64,000 nt of DNA from Ruminococcus sp. (GTDB lineage: Bacteria > Bacillota > Clostridia > Oscillospirales > Acutalibacteraceae). The stretch covers positions 27,679 to 91,678 of the forward strand of contig JAFQRC010000010.1 of assembly GCA_017410265.1 (NCBI GenBank), read 5' to 3'. The notes under the pieces were generated by a model. It saw only the letters and a program-made list of their open reading frames with translations. It ran no database searches and was not told where the DNA came from. A program made the position numbers and the translations under genes. Below are positions 49,401 through 57,847 of the stretch, piece after piece. Position 1 is the first letter of the stretch; the number at the start of each line of letters is the position of its first letter.

Positions 49401-50495
49401 ATCACGATTTGATGCTGTCCAAGTGCCCCAGTTACAGCTGGTAACATTAGTTTCATCTACGTAATAAGAAGCACGATAGAAGGTGTAGGAAGTGTTGGCT
49501 GCAACTTCTGCAGTCCACATAACATGACCGCCAACTGTGTCGACAGTTTCGTCCATCTTGACAATCTCGTTGCCGTCGTTAATGAAAATATTAGCATCGT
49601 CAGAATATAAGTGCCAACTTGCATAATCTAAAAAGCTGATTACAACTTTCTGTGATGGGTCAACAGGATCATCAGGGTCAGTAGAAGACGAGTAATCCGT
49701 AAGCTGGTTGTGGTATGTTCCACCCCATTCAAACACGATAAGGATTTTTCCATCTGTGATTGCTTGTGTTGGACTACCATAGTTGGAATCAACATATGTC
49801 TGGTAGTTAGTAGCCTCTACCGGAATATCAGCTTTGTAAACATTGAAAGTCTGAGCTGCATTATTCCAATAAGATGAGCCTACTGCATGACTGACAGTAT
49901 CACCTGTTGAAGTAAGGGTAACATAACCGTCAAGACCATCATTGTTATAATAATGAATCTGTTTATCACTTGCATTATTCAAGTATGAAATAACACCAAC
50001 ATAAACAGTCTTCTTTTCACCTGAAAGAGGTGTGTACGATGACCATGTGCCATCACCATTACTCCAAGCGCCCTCTGAAACTGTGTAGAGGTTTTGGGAA
50101 CCGTCCCATGTAAGGTCATTTGTCTGATCCCATTTGTTGTTCCAGTCGTTTGTAGCATTTGCACCATTCATACGACACCAGATGATGTTAGCGTGTGATT
50201 CGCCGGAGCTAACAGTAATACTGTATATACCATCGCCGTCGCCATCAGAAGCTGAATACCACTTAGCTGCACTTGAGCCGTTACACAAGTAAGCCGCAAA
50301 ACGAGCGCCATCTGCTTTCCAGTTGTTGTTTGGCTTCAAGTATAAAGTGGTACCGCCAGTAATAGTCGCACCTGTCTGAGCTACGTCAGTTTCGGCAGCA
50401 GCAGTGTTTATGAAGGCTACTGTGCACATAGATACGAGCATGATGAGTGCGAGTATCATAGAAACTGTGGATTTGCAAAATCTGATTGTTTTCAT
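46431..50495 (-). CDS. Secreted CotH-family kinase 1 with three N-terminal CBM-like modules and a C-terminal dockerin
   Basis: Signal peptide; KIKGRGNSS, KKWCLLAN, MMRN, YLGAYVITEKVE, ELSMNLD and GPVWDYDWAFG; dockerin GDADEDNTVSVLDSTTIQL...SDFDLDSTTSIMDATNVQV. Confidence 0.88.
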   Translation of the reverse strand: MKTIRFCKSTVSMILALIMLVSMCTVAFINTAAAETDVAQTGATITGGTTLYLKPNNNWKADGARFAAYLCNGSSAAKWYSASDGDGDGIYSITVSSGESHANIIWCRMNGANATNDWNNKWDQTNDLTWDGSQNLYTVSEGAWSNGDGTWSSYTPLSGEKKTVYVGVISYLNNASDKQIHYYNNDGLDGYVTLTSTGDTVSHAVGSSYWNNAAQTFNVYKADIPVEATNYQTYVDSNYGSPTQAITDGKILIVFEWGGTYHNQLTDYSSSTDPDDPVDPSQKVVISFLDYASWHLYSDDANIFINDGNEIVKMDETVDTVGGHVMWTAEVAANTSYTFYRASYYVDETNVTSCNWGTWTASNRDTNTVYKATNTGAGSWQAASTVNAADPDDIENFWDDLWIDTKGEGNPEHAVKVYYNGTTFDLFVPSYVDLSNVTVYTDHEKVVIGGTEYASGSKANLSTGTKTFWFKDGSTITNKPDINIYQTTGTSALLMTTKEELFTGTTAGLQGSNAWPSGSGITSTNYNGVYKDAIETKGSIYLFKPNGDLVNNKSGGTTLKKIKGRGNSSFEASMRIYGKYAYNFNLDKKDDLIEGSTESKKWCLLANNVDHSMMRNTFAYQLADDLGLSYGPETLLVDAYDNGKYLGAYVITEKVEYGGSTLMNDMNNLDDGNVLANSVFVPGTDPDDEEFLYEFDTDDLDDGTETTMTVGGQTYNYKYYATYDRPEYKDENGNVVAAVNDLPFNSPEDFDTEYNYLLEHELFNRYEAEASWFVTPKGQAVVVKYPEFATQEEMKWIITQYATMEQAVYASGEEDLNEIGQLIDVESFAKMYLIQELSMNLDSCATSYYIHNEFRNGESILVAGPVWDYDWAFGAYAKDLKFIYNGSSVENSVNMSSPNTQMFVKQKALQTDSDDYTKESNYNLQAKLAHNDAFWTECQRIWTNQMSGLLFNYIKDDENDEGVIIDTWMPAFESAVDMNNARWGSYTFTGDDWGTKVTSDYEPYSCDFMVGNTGTSGSASKCYANTVYYLNDWLKTRRNYMSSSTGGGLYNEELLVSYTVEDVTFTASQSDAVVSIKPSATVTLDGVALDGADVSFTVYVDGNAYKTFTFADEAAVTLEEGAKSEIYIVVFPTADPSVTGKSDTQEFEYGYIAPDVNFTVKFKSSSSSRYVPKVTVNGTECTMTQSGDAIGKNKTGTQQYYWYEATVSVKEGEGATLLFTNDYSMRATTTISSVVSEKEYYFAVDNMNSGSVVVDLTEADEYVRNFTKSSTHMVYNEATDAGVATTSLNGVIYKMGDADEDNTVSVLDSTTIQLALVGKTELSDTATALSDFDLDSTTSIMDATNVQVYLANGV

Positions 50496-50497
50496 TA

Positions 50498-50687
50498 TAT
50501 CTCCTCCTACGAAGTATAAAATACGGGTTGAAATCGCTCATTATTAAACGAACAGCGTTCGTTTCCCTAAAAAGCATATATGCCCCGCAAGCTAAGACTC
50601 ACAAGGGCAGGTAATATCACTTTTTCGATTTAACAAATGAGCATTTCATAAGATATTTCAGGTTACACCAACCCAATATCTATTATC
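50498..50687 (-). ncRNA. Candidate structured 5' leader RNA, copy A
   Basis: Between TTGACT-17-TATAAT (50694-50722) and the SD; four stems equivalent to those in copy B. Confidence 0.55.
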
Positions 50688-50822
50688 GGTTACATTATAC
50701 CAAATAGCTATTTTTTAGTCAATAGATTTGTTAAATTTATCTATATTCGCCTATCTAGCGCATAGCTCATAATATCTGCACTACTGCTTGTGGTTTTTGG
50801 TGTTGCACCGCTGTTTTGACAC

Positions 50823-50851
50823 AAAAAAGCGGGAGCTGTACAGCCCCCGCC
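50823..50851 (-). terminator. Intrinsic terminator of CotH gene 2
   Basis: AAAGCGGGAGC-TGTACA-GCCCCCGCCT; flank duplicated from 46387-46440. Confidence 0.8.
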
Positions 50852-50868
50852 TAAGTGCGTTTATTAAT

Positions 50869-53800
50869 TTAAACTCCGCTTGCTAAGTAAATCTGGATAT
50901 CTGTTGCATCCATGATAGATGTTACTAAATCAAGATTGAAATCAGAAAGGTCAGTTGCAGTGTCAGAAAGCACCGTCTTTCCAACCAGTGCAAGCTGGAT
51001 AGTTGTTGCGTCAAGAATTGATACTTCGCCGTCCTCGTCAACATCACCCATTTTGTAGATAGCACCATTGATAACTGTTGTAGCAACACCTGATACTTCA
51101 GGGTCGTTAGTAATCATATTTGCTTCTGACTTAGTAAAGTTTCTTACATACTCCTTCGCATCTGTAAGCTCAACAGCCACTGTGCCGTCGTTTAAGTTAT
51201 CAACACCGAAGTAGTATGCTTTGCCTGCTTCTACTGCTGAGATTTCAGCACCTGCGCTCATTGCTAAAGCATTTGTGAACAAGAGTGTCGCACTCTCGCC
51301 TTTCTTAACGCTAACTGTAGCCTCATACCAGTAGTATGACTGTGTGCCGGTTTCGTTTGTGCCGATAATATCCCCGCTCTGAGTCATTACATACTCTGTG
51401 CCGTTTACAGTAACGGTAGGTACATAGCGGTAAGCGTCCGTTGCTTTGAACATAACTGTGAATTCGACATCAGGGATATACTCAAATTCCTGAACGTCTG
51501 ATGTATCTGTAACAGAAGTATCAGCTGTCGGGAATACCACGATGTAAATTTCGCTCTTTACACCCTCAGCGAGAGTAACAGTAGCGTTTGTTGTGAAGTC
51601 GTATGTGCCAACAGCCTCACCGTCCACATAAACTGTGTAGCTTACTTCTTCACCGCTTAATGCTGTGTCATTGAGAGTAACTGTAGCAGATGGTGTGATG
51701 GTAACCTCAGCGTCACTCAAAACTGCTGTGAAAGAAGCATCTGATACAGCATATTTTTTCAGAAGCTCTGCGTTGTAAAGATTACCGCCGTTTTTGTCGC
51801 TCATGTAGTTTCTACGCATCTTGAGCCAGTCGTTTAAGTAGTAGACAGTGTTAGCGTAGCACTTAGAAGCACTGCCCGATGTGCCTGTGTTACCTCTGCT
51901 GAAGGAATATGAGTAAGGTGTATAGTCAGAAGTAACCTTTGTACCCCAGTTATCGCCAGTGAATGTGTATGAACCCCAACGAGCATCGTTCATATCAACA
52001 GATGACTGAAACTTTGGCAACCATTCATCAATAATGATACCCTGGTCATTTGCATCGTCTTTGATGTAATTGAAGAGCAACTCTGCCATCTGGTTAGTCC
52101 AGATGCGCTGACACTCTGTCCAGAATAAAGAGTTCTGTGCAAGCTTAGCCTGGAGGTTGTAATTAGCAGATTTTGTGTTGTCACCGGTGTCTGTCTTAAG
52201 AGCCTTTTGTTTTACGAACATCTGCTCATAGTTAGACATATTTGCGCTATCAGTAACAGATGAGCCGTTGTAGATGAACTTTGTGCCACCTGCGTAAGCG
52301 CCGAATGCCCAGTCATAGTCCCATACAGGGCCTGCTACAAGAATGCTCTTTCCATCTCTGAACTCGTTGTGGATATAGTAAGATGTTGCGCAGGAGTCAA
52401 GGTTGATTGAAAGCTCCTGAATGAGGTACATCTTAGCAAAAGAATCTACATCAATAAGCTGTGAATATGTAGCATAGTCGTTGTTATAAACAGCCTGCTC
52501 CATAGTTGCGTACTGTGTGATAATCCATTCCATTTCTGCCTGTGTAGCAAACTCAGGATATTTAACAACTACTGCCTGACCCTTTGGAGTTACGAACCAA
52601 GAAGCCTCAGCCTCGTATCTGTTAAAGAGCTCGTGCTCGAGGAGATAGTTGTACTCAGTATCAAAGTTTTCAGGTGAATTGAAAGGAAGGTTAGATGCAG
52701 CCTCTACTAATACTTCACCTGTTTCTTCGTTAGTAACCTCAGGTCTGTCATATGTAGCGTAATACTTGTACTTATATGTCTGACCATTAACTTTGAAGTC
52801 GTTTTTAACGATACCGTCATCGAGGTCGTCTGTATCAAACTCATAGAGGAATTGTTCGTCATCAGGGTCAGTGCCAGGAACGAAAACAGAGTTAGCGAGC
52901 ACATTACCATCGTCGAGGTTTTCCATATCGTCCATAAGTGTTGATCCGCCGTACTCAACCTTTTCTGTGATAACAAAAGCGCCGAGGTACTTACCGTTAT
53001 CATAAGCGTCGACAAGTCGTGTTTCAGGACTATAGCTGAGTCCTAAGTCATCAGCGAGCTGATAAACAAAGGTGTTACGCATCATTGAGTGGTCAACGTT
53101 GTTAGCAAGTAAGCACCACTTCTTTGACTTCTCTGCGCCATCGATAAGGGCAACCTTCTTATCAAGGTTGAAGTTGTAAGCATACTTACCGTAAATTCTC
53201 ATAGAAGCCTCAAAGGATGAGTTACCTCTACCCTTAATCTTCTTTAAGACTTGTTTTTCTGCAGTATCTGTAATAAGCTCGCCATCTTCACTATACATGA
53301 AGATAGAACCCTTTGTTTCAATAGCGTCTTTGTAAACACCATTGTAGTTAGTTGATGTAATACCACTGCCACTTGGCCATGCGTTTGAGTTCATAAGACC
53401 AGCTGTTGTGCCTGTAAAGAGCTCTTCTTTAGTGGTCATCATAAGAGCTGCTGTTGACTTTGTCTGGTAAATAGTGATGTTACCCTTGTTAGTAGTTGTA
53501 GAGCCGTCTTTGAAAGCGAAAGTCTTTGTACCTGTTGAAAGGTTAGCTTTGCTACCGCTTGCGTACTCTGTGCCACCGATAACAACCTTTTCGTGGTCTG
53601 AGTAAACTGTTACATCTGAAAGGTTTACATAAGATGGAACATAAAGGTGGAATGTTGAGCCTGTGTAGTAAACCTTGATTGCCAGTTTTGTGTTGCCATC
53701 CCCTGTTGTATCAATCCAGAGATCATCCCAGAAGTTTTCTATATCATCAGGGTCAGCAGCGTTTACTGTAGACGAAGCAGCCCACGAACCAATACCGCTG

Positions 53801-54594
53801 TCTGTAGCCTTGTAAACAGTGTTAGAACCGCGGGAAGAAGCAGTCCAGCTGTTCCAATAGCCACTTGATGCATTAGACTCATCGAAGTAGTAAGATGTAC
53901 GATAGAAGGTATATGATGAACGAGCCGAAACCTCCGCTGTCCACATTGCATGACCTGACTTAGTATCAACTGTTTCATCCATCTGGGTAACTGTTGAACC
54001 TGACTTGATGAACATCTTAGCGTCATCTGATGCTACCCATTTTGTATCAGAATTTATAAGGAAGCTGATAGTAACTTTTTCAGCAGGGTCATCAGGATCT
54101 TCTGACGGGTCAGTTGTGCCACCTGATGGTGTGTAAGATGACCATGTGCCACCACCATTACTCCAAGCGCCCTCTGAAACTGTGTAGAGGTTTTTGGAAC
54201 CGTCCCATGTAAGGTCATTTGTCTGGTTCCATCTGTTGTTCCAGTCGTTGGTAGTATTACCACCATTCATACGACACCAGATGATGTTAGCATGTGATTC
54301 ACCGGAATTGACGGTTACCCAGTAATAGCCGTCATCGTTTGGACCATATGCCGAATACCAGTGAGCAGAACTGGAGCCGTTACAGAAATATGCCGCAAAG
54401 CGAGCTCCGTCTTTTTTCCAGTTTTCATTCGGTGACAGATAAAAAGTTGTGCCACCTGTGATAGTCGCGCCGGTATCTGCTACGTCAACCTCTGCAGCAG
54501 CAGTGTTTAGGAAGGCTACCGTGCACATAGATACGAGCATAATCAGTGCGAGTATCATAGAAACTGTGGATTTGCAGAATCTTTTCGTTTTCAT
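50869..54594 (-). CDS. Secreted CotH-family kinase 2 with two N-terminal CBM-like modules and a C-terminal dockerin
   Basis: Paralog of 46431-50495 with the same kinase motifs; lacks the second module; dockerin GDVDEDGEVSILDATTIQL. Confidence 0.88.
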   Translation of the reverse strand: MKTKRFCKSTVSMILALIMLVSMCTVAFLNTAAAEVDVADTGATITGGTTFYLSPNENWKKDGARFAAYFCNGSSSAHWYSAYGPNDDGYYWVTVNSGESHANIIWCRMNGGNTTNDWNNRWNQTNDLTWDGSKNLYTVSEGAWSNGGGTWSSYTPSGGTTDPSEDPDDPAEKVTISFLINSDTKWVASDDAKMFIKSGSTVTQMDETVDTKSGHAMWTAEVSARSSYTFYRTSYYFDESNASSGYWNSWTASSRGSNTVYKATDSGIGSWAASSTVNAADPDDIENFWDDLWIDTTGDGNTKLAIKVYYTGSTFHLYVPSYVNLSDVTVYSDHEKVVIGGTEYASGSKANLSTGTKTFAFKDGSTTTNKGNITIYQTKSTAALMMTTKEELFTGTTAGLMNSNAWPSGSGITSTNYNGVYKDAIETKGSIFMYSEDGELITDTAEKQVLKKIKGRGNSSFEASMRIYGKYAYNFNLDKKVALIDGAEKSKKWCLLANNVDHSMMRNTFVYQLADDLGLSYSPETRLVDAYDNGKYLGAFVITEKVEYGGSTLMDDMENLDDGNVLANSVFVPGTDPDDEQFLYEFDTDDLDDGIVKNDFKVNGQTYKYKYYATYDRPEVTNEETGEVLVEAASNLPFNSPENFDTEYNYLLEHELFNRYEAEASWFVTPKGQAVVVKYPEFATQAEMEWIITQYATMEQAVYNNDYATYSQLIDVDSFAKMYLIQELSINLDSCATSYYIHNEFRDGKSILVAGPVWDYDWAFGAYAGGTKFIYNGSSVTDSANMSNYEQMFVKQKALKTDTGDNTKSANYNLQAKLAQNSLFWTECQRIWTNQMAELLFNYIKDDANDQGIIIDEWLPKFQSSVDMNDARWGSYTFTGDNWGTKVTSDYTPYSYSFSRGNTGTSGSASKCYANTVYYLNDWLKMRRNYMSDKNGGNLYNAELLKKYAVSDASFTAVLSDAEVTITPSATVTLNDTALSGEEVSYTVYVDGEAVGTYDFTTNATVTLAEGVKSEIYIVVFPTADTSVTDTSDVQEFEYIPDVEFTVMFKATDAYRYVPTVTVNGTEYVMTQSGDIIGTNETGTQSYYWYEATVSVKKGESATLLFTNALAMSAGAEISAVEAGKAYYFGVDNLNDGTVAVELTDAKEYVRNFTKSEANMITNDPEVSGVATTVINGAIYKMGDVDEDGEVSILDATTIQLALVGKTVLSDTATDLSDFNLDLVTSIMDATDIQIYLASGV

Positions 54595-54596
54595 TA

Positions 54597-54780
54597 TATC
54601 TCCTCCTACGAGTATAAATTACAGTCTAAAATGCCCGATCGCTAAACAAAGAGCGTTCATTTTGATGAAAGCACCTACCCGTGCGTATTTCACACAGGTG
54701 AAAAATATGTCGTTTCTTTCACAAACAAAAGAGCATTTTGTACTAGTGATACAGGTTACCCAAACCATATATCTATTCAA
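54597..54780 (-). ncRNA. Candidate structured 5' leader RNA, copy B
   Basis: Between TTGACT-17-TATAAT (54786-54814) and the SD; stems covary with copy A. Confidence 0.55.
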
Positions 54781-54942
54781 AGTAAATTATACCAACCTGT
54801 AAAACCCCAGTCAATATAATTTACGAATATATTCAGCCTCTTTTTTGTGCTGATAAATTACTCACTGTAACTAAAGGTCAGAAAACCTTGCACTGTGACG
54901 ATAATAAAAACGGGTGCACCGTACTGATGCACCCGAAATATT

Positions 54943-55776
54943 TTATTTTACTGACAAATTATCCTCAATCTCATTTGCAGCATTTTCAAAGTAATCGCCG
55001 ACAAACAGCTCGATTGAGCCTGTGTCAACGCATTTTGCGAGCGATTTATCCATCGGAACCTTTGCGAGCACCTTTGTAGAAAACTTTTCTGCAATTTCAT
55101 CAATGTGGCTTTCCCCGAAAATCTTGTGCTGAGTGTTGCACTTTTTGCATAAGAAGTAGCTCATATTCTCAACCACACCGAGCACAGGAACATTCATCAT
55201 ATCCGCCATCTTCACAGCCTTTTCAACTATCATCGAAACAAGCTCCTGCGGAGATGTAACAACCACGATACCGTCAAGCGGAAGTGACTGGAAAACGGTC
55301 AGCGGAACATCGCCTGTTCCCGGAGGCATATCAACAAACATGTAGTCAACATCTTTCCAGATAACATCGCTCCAGAACTGCTTTACTGTACCCGCGATTA
55401 CAGGACCACGCCATACAACAGGGTCGGTTTCGTTTTCTAAAAGCAGGTTAACGGACATAACATCGATGCCTGTTTTAGTGGTGCGCGGTAAGATTCCGAA
55501 CTCGTTGCCGAGTGCTCTCTCTTTGATACCGAAAGCCTTCGGGATTGACGGACCTGTGATATCAGCGTCAAGCACAGCTGTCTTATAGCCTCTGCGGTTG
55601 AGCTCTACAGCCAAAGCAGATGTGACTAGACTCTTGCCAACTCCTCCTTTACCCGACACGATGCCGATAACCTTTTTAACTTTACTCAGAGCGTTTAATT
55701 TCTCGATTAAATCCTGTGGCGCGGTGCGCTCTGCACAGCTTTCACCACAGTTTGAACAATCATGTGTACAACCCAT
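54943..55776 (-). CDS. Mrp/NBP35 (ApbC) Fe-S cluster carrier ATPase
   Basis: N-terminal CxxxCxxCxxxC, SGKGGVGKS, DADITGPS, DMPPGTGD and ENMS..C..C motifs. Confidence 0.94.
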   Translation of the reverse strand: MGCTHDCSNCGESCAERTAPQDLIEKLNALSKVKKVIGIVSGKGGVGKSLVTSALAVELNRRGYKTAVLDADITGPSIPKAFGIKERALGNEFGILPRTTKTGIDVMSVNLLLENETDPVVWRGPVIAGTVKQFWSDVIWKDVDYMFVDMPPGTGDVPLTVFQSLPLDGIVVVTSPQELVSMIVEKAVKMADMMNVPVLGVVENMSYFLCKKCNTQHKIFGESHIDEIAEKFSTKVLAKVPMDKSLAKCVDTGSIELFVGDYFENAANEIEDNLSVK

Positions 55777-55885
55777 TTTTATACCTTCCTTCAGGGGTTT
55801 CCCCGTCTATATTCGAAAATTCAGGGACGAACCGCAGTCCGTCCCATAATAATAACCTAGTACTAATATACGCAGAAAATCAAAA

Positions 55886-56470
55886 TTATTCAGCGTCTGT
55901 AGCTACATCCTCTGCGCCGTCGAGTGCGCTGAGCTCTGCAACATCTTCATCAGTTGCAACCTCGTCATTGATTTCAACAGCTTCAACTGTTTCTTCGGTT
56001 TCAGCTTCTTCTAACTGAGCAAGCTCCTGAGCTAAACCGCCCTCTACCATAGCTTCTTTGATAGCTTCTTCGTCGATTTCTTCCTTGATTTCAAAGCCTG
56101 AAAGGAAGGTGTACGGGATACCGTAGCCGAGTGCAACACACGCGAAAGTCATAACTGTAGGCTGAGTAGCAAGTGCGTTGTGAAGCGGGAACGCAGGAGC
56201 TAAAGTCGCAATAATGATGAAAAGAGCAGGAATATCAAGAACACAGAGCACGATAGGAGAAAAACGCTTTACAGGAACGCCTTCGCCAACTCTGGTTGCG
56301 TAGAAAACAATAAGACCAAACAGGATGAAAACCACAACAGAAATGAGGTTTCCTACACCTGCTGAAACCTTGCTTGTCAGCGTCATAAAGAAGTATGTGC
56401 AAATAATGAATCCGATTACTAAAAATGATGAGAAAAATAAATTGAGCTTTTCTCTGCTTTCTTTTTTCAT
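55886..56470 (-). CDS. Membrane protein (4 TM) with acidic C-terminal tail, hypothetical
   Basis: Hydrophobic N-terminal ~125 aa followed by an E/D-rich tail. Confidence 0.75.
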   Translation of the reverse strand: MKKESREKLNLFFSSFLVIGFIICTYFFMTLTSKVSAGVGNLISVVVFILFGLIVFYATRVGEGVPVKRFSPIVLCVLDIPALFIIIATLAPAFPLHNALATQPTVMTFACVALGYGIPYTFLSGFEIKEEIDEEAIKEAMVEGGLAQELAQLEEAETEETVEAVEINDEVATDEDVAELSALDGAEDVATDAE

Positions 56471-56655
56471 AACAAAATCCTCCGAAAATTTAGTTTGAGA
56501 TAGATGATAACTCAGTATTGTGATAGTTTTATGACGAAATATAATTTATTGGTGCTTCGCGCTACAAATAGCAGTACGCAGTACCCTTAACATTTGCGAC
56601 AGCAAATACATCATCAGCGCAGCGGCACCATTCATCATTTGACTTTAGTCAAACA

Positions 56656-57582
56656 TCATTGCAAAGGCTTTGCCTTTGCTACCAAGCAATACCAGCCGTT
56701 ATCAAAAATCTTGTCGATAATATCAAAATCGTTTTCGAGCGCATTCTCAACATCAGAAAGTCTGGTGTCGATAATACCGCTCATTATGTAAACCGTGTCG
56801 TCGTTCATAAACTCGACTACACCTTTTGACAAGAATATTATAGCATCTGCTACAATATTTGCAACAATAATATCGTATTTTCCCTCGACCTTTTCTGTGA
56901 GGTCACCGCAGACTACTTCAAATTTGTCCGCTACCTTATTAACTTTTGCGTTTTCAATAGCAGTACGCACCGCCATCTGGTCAATGTCAACGCCGAAAGC
57001 ACTATCTGCTCCGAGCAAAATAGACGCGATGCCAAGTATTCCCGAGCCACAGCCGACATCAAGCACTCTGTCGCCTTCTTTTACATACTGCTCAAGAGTC
57101 GAAAGACAAAGACGGGTCGTTTCGTGCTTTCCTGTACCAAACGCAAGCCCCGGGTCAATGTCAAGCACTACTCTGCCCTTAGTGTCCTCTATTTCATACC
57201 ACGACGGACAGATGAGAAGTTTCTTTCCAACCTCAGTCGGTTTGAAATACTTTCTCCAGTTGTTGAGCCAGTCGTCCTCTTCGCACTTTTCTTCTTCGAT
57301 AGTGTGTTCAATTCCCTGTGACTGATATCGCTCAGTAAGAAAAGCGATAGCTTCAGCAGGTGAGTCCTCAGGGTCAATGTAGATATGAATTTTTGCGATA
57401 TTTCTGTCCTTTTTCAGCAAATCCTCGTCGATTAAGTCAACATGAGCGATTTGTTGTACACCCAGCTCAAGGTCGGTGTAGTCCTCAATGTAGATGCCAT
57501 ACGGCACGGTCATATTCGCGATATCCCCCACTAAATCTACATCTTCAGGCTTTACATTTATAGTAATCTGTGTCCACTCCAT
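56656..57582 (-). CDS. prmA: Ribosomal protein L11 methyltransferase
   Basis: DWLNNWRKYFKP, IDPGLAFGTGKHETT, LDVGCGSGIL and VANIVAD motifs; start moved to ATG 57582. Confidence 0.96.
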   Translation of the reverse strand: MEWTQITINVKPEDVDLVGDIANMTVPYGIYIEDYTDLELGVQQIAHVDLIDEDLLKKDRNIAKIHIYIDPEDSPAEAIAFLTERYQSQGIEHTIEEEKCEEDDWLNNWRKYFKPTEVGKKLLICPSWYEIEDTKGRVVLDIDPGLAFGTGKHETTRLCLSTLEQYVKEGDRVLDVGCGSGILGIASILLGADSAFGVDIDQMAVRTAIENAKVNKVADKFEVVCGDLTEKVEGKYDIIVANIVADAIIFLSKGVVEFMNDDTVYIMSGIIDTRLSDVENALENDFDIIDKIFDNGWYCLVAKAKPLQ

Positions 57583-57847
57583 AGTAGCACCCTTTCTGAT
57601 AAAACGTACATTACATATAATATACCATTCAAAACGAGATTTCAATGCAAAAATAAAACTGATTACAAAAAACAATTTAACACCGTTTTTAATCTTTTTC
57701 GAATATTTTTTAATGTTTCTCGTTAAAAAAGTATTGACAAACATAAAAAGGTGTGTTATATTAGCATCACTGAAACGCGTTGAAGACAAAAATAAATCAA
57801 ATTTTAAAAATGAGTTAACCGCAAGAACGGTTAAAACTTGGAGGTAT

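Noticed and set aside
55822-55843. GGGACG...CGTCCC hairpin as another REP
   Set aside because: Lacks the GTAG foot; more simply a terminator-like hairpin after the membrane-protein gene.
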